From Oopsacas minuta (taxonomy: Eukaryota > Animalia > Porifera): a DNA stretch of 64,000 nucleotides. The stretch spans positions 1-64,000 of the forward strand of contig JAKMXF010000031.1 of the NCBI GenBank assembly GCA_024704765.1. The letters are read 5' to 3'. Below are positions 63,400 to 64,000 of the stretch, piece after piece; the stretch's first letter is position 1; each line of letters opens with the position of its first letter. A program made the position numbers and the translations under genes. The notes below the pieces were generated by a model. It searched no databases, had not been told where the DNA came from, and saw only the letters and a list, made by a program, of their open reading frames with translations.

Positions 63400-64000
63400 G
63401 TAATAATGGGTATATATTATTGCTCTTTTTGTGATACATTAGAGTTTGATATATAATTAATATGGTGTTTCGTCCCGGCAATGAACTCTTCAGTTTATTT
63501 GAATTTATTTGTATATTCGAAGTTTATAACTCAATAGTTTCACGAGTGTGAAATCAGCAGCGAATTCCAGCAGTGAAATATGAGCACAACTTAACAATAA
63601 TTCTGTCAATCCTCGATCAAAACATTCACCTGAATTTGGTTAGTACCTTTGTCTAGAGCGGTGCTTTTTCTAACATTCAATAAATAATCACTATTGCACC
63701 TCTCTTGCCACAATGACGTTTCAAAATTTTAATACAAAATCTCCATAGGGAATATTCAGTCACAGTAGGGGAGGTAGTTCTTCAAAGAGCAGGGGTTTGA
63801 TGCACAATCAGTTTTATGTGCTACTTTGGACACATTTTGAACGTGTTTACGAGCGTATAACTCATCCAGTTTGAATCGATGACCTATTTTAGTTTCGGTA
63901 TTCGTAATCAACTAAAGATTTTGTGTCGTATGAGTGGTTATTCGAATATTTTTGGGAATATAATAAGAAGTACCAATAAGTTTTGACAAACATGGTTCCC

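Noticed and set aside
1-64000. Prokaryotic operons, defence systems, rRNA or tRNA genes
   Set aside because: Spliceosomal introns and eukaryotic gene content throughout; no rRNA or tRNA signature recognised by eye, and a tRNAscan/Infernal run would be needed to exclude them.

Overview
Eukaryotic (animal) genomic DNA: AT-rich, GT-AG introns, two N-gaps. The TRAF- and NHL-family genes suggest a sponge-like basal animal, but this is inference only. Intact-looking host genes: an NHL-repeat gene, a TRAF-family gene, a 6-exon importin-7/8 (1064 aa reconstructed), Hikeshi, a 4-exon cathepsin L and a 14-3-3 with one exon apparently lost in a gap. These sit among many DNA transposons and MITEs (hAT, Tc1/pogo, MULE, Helitron-like, Gypsy remnant). 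Three things stand out. (1) A ~5.4 kb inverted-repeat-bounded element (53.4-58.9 kb) holds a KDZ-type transposase gene and a convergent, spliced accessory gene encoding an NRF1/EWG-like DNA-binding domain, a Ulp1-like protease and a PHD finger. (2) A ~10 kb mosaic (42.4-51.9 kb) of decayed host-gene fragments lies on one strand (NHL, liprin-alpha x2, cathepsin-B-like, alkaline ceramidase, Argonaute PIWI), and one junction carries a templated fold-back insertion. (3) An orphan Arg-rich small gene occurs as an inverted pair with an excess of synonymous changes. All protein family calls come from hand translation and motif recognition, not database searches.
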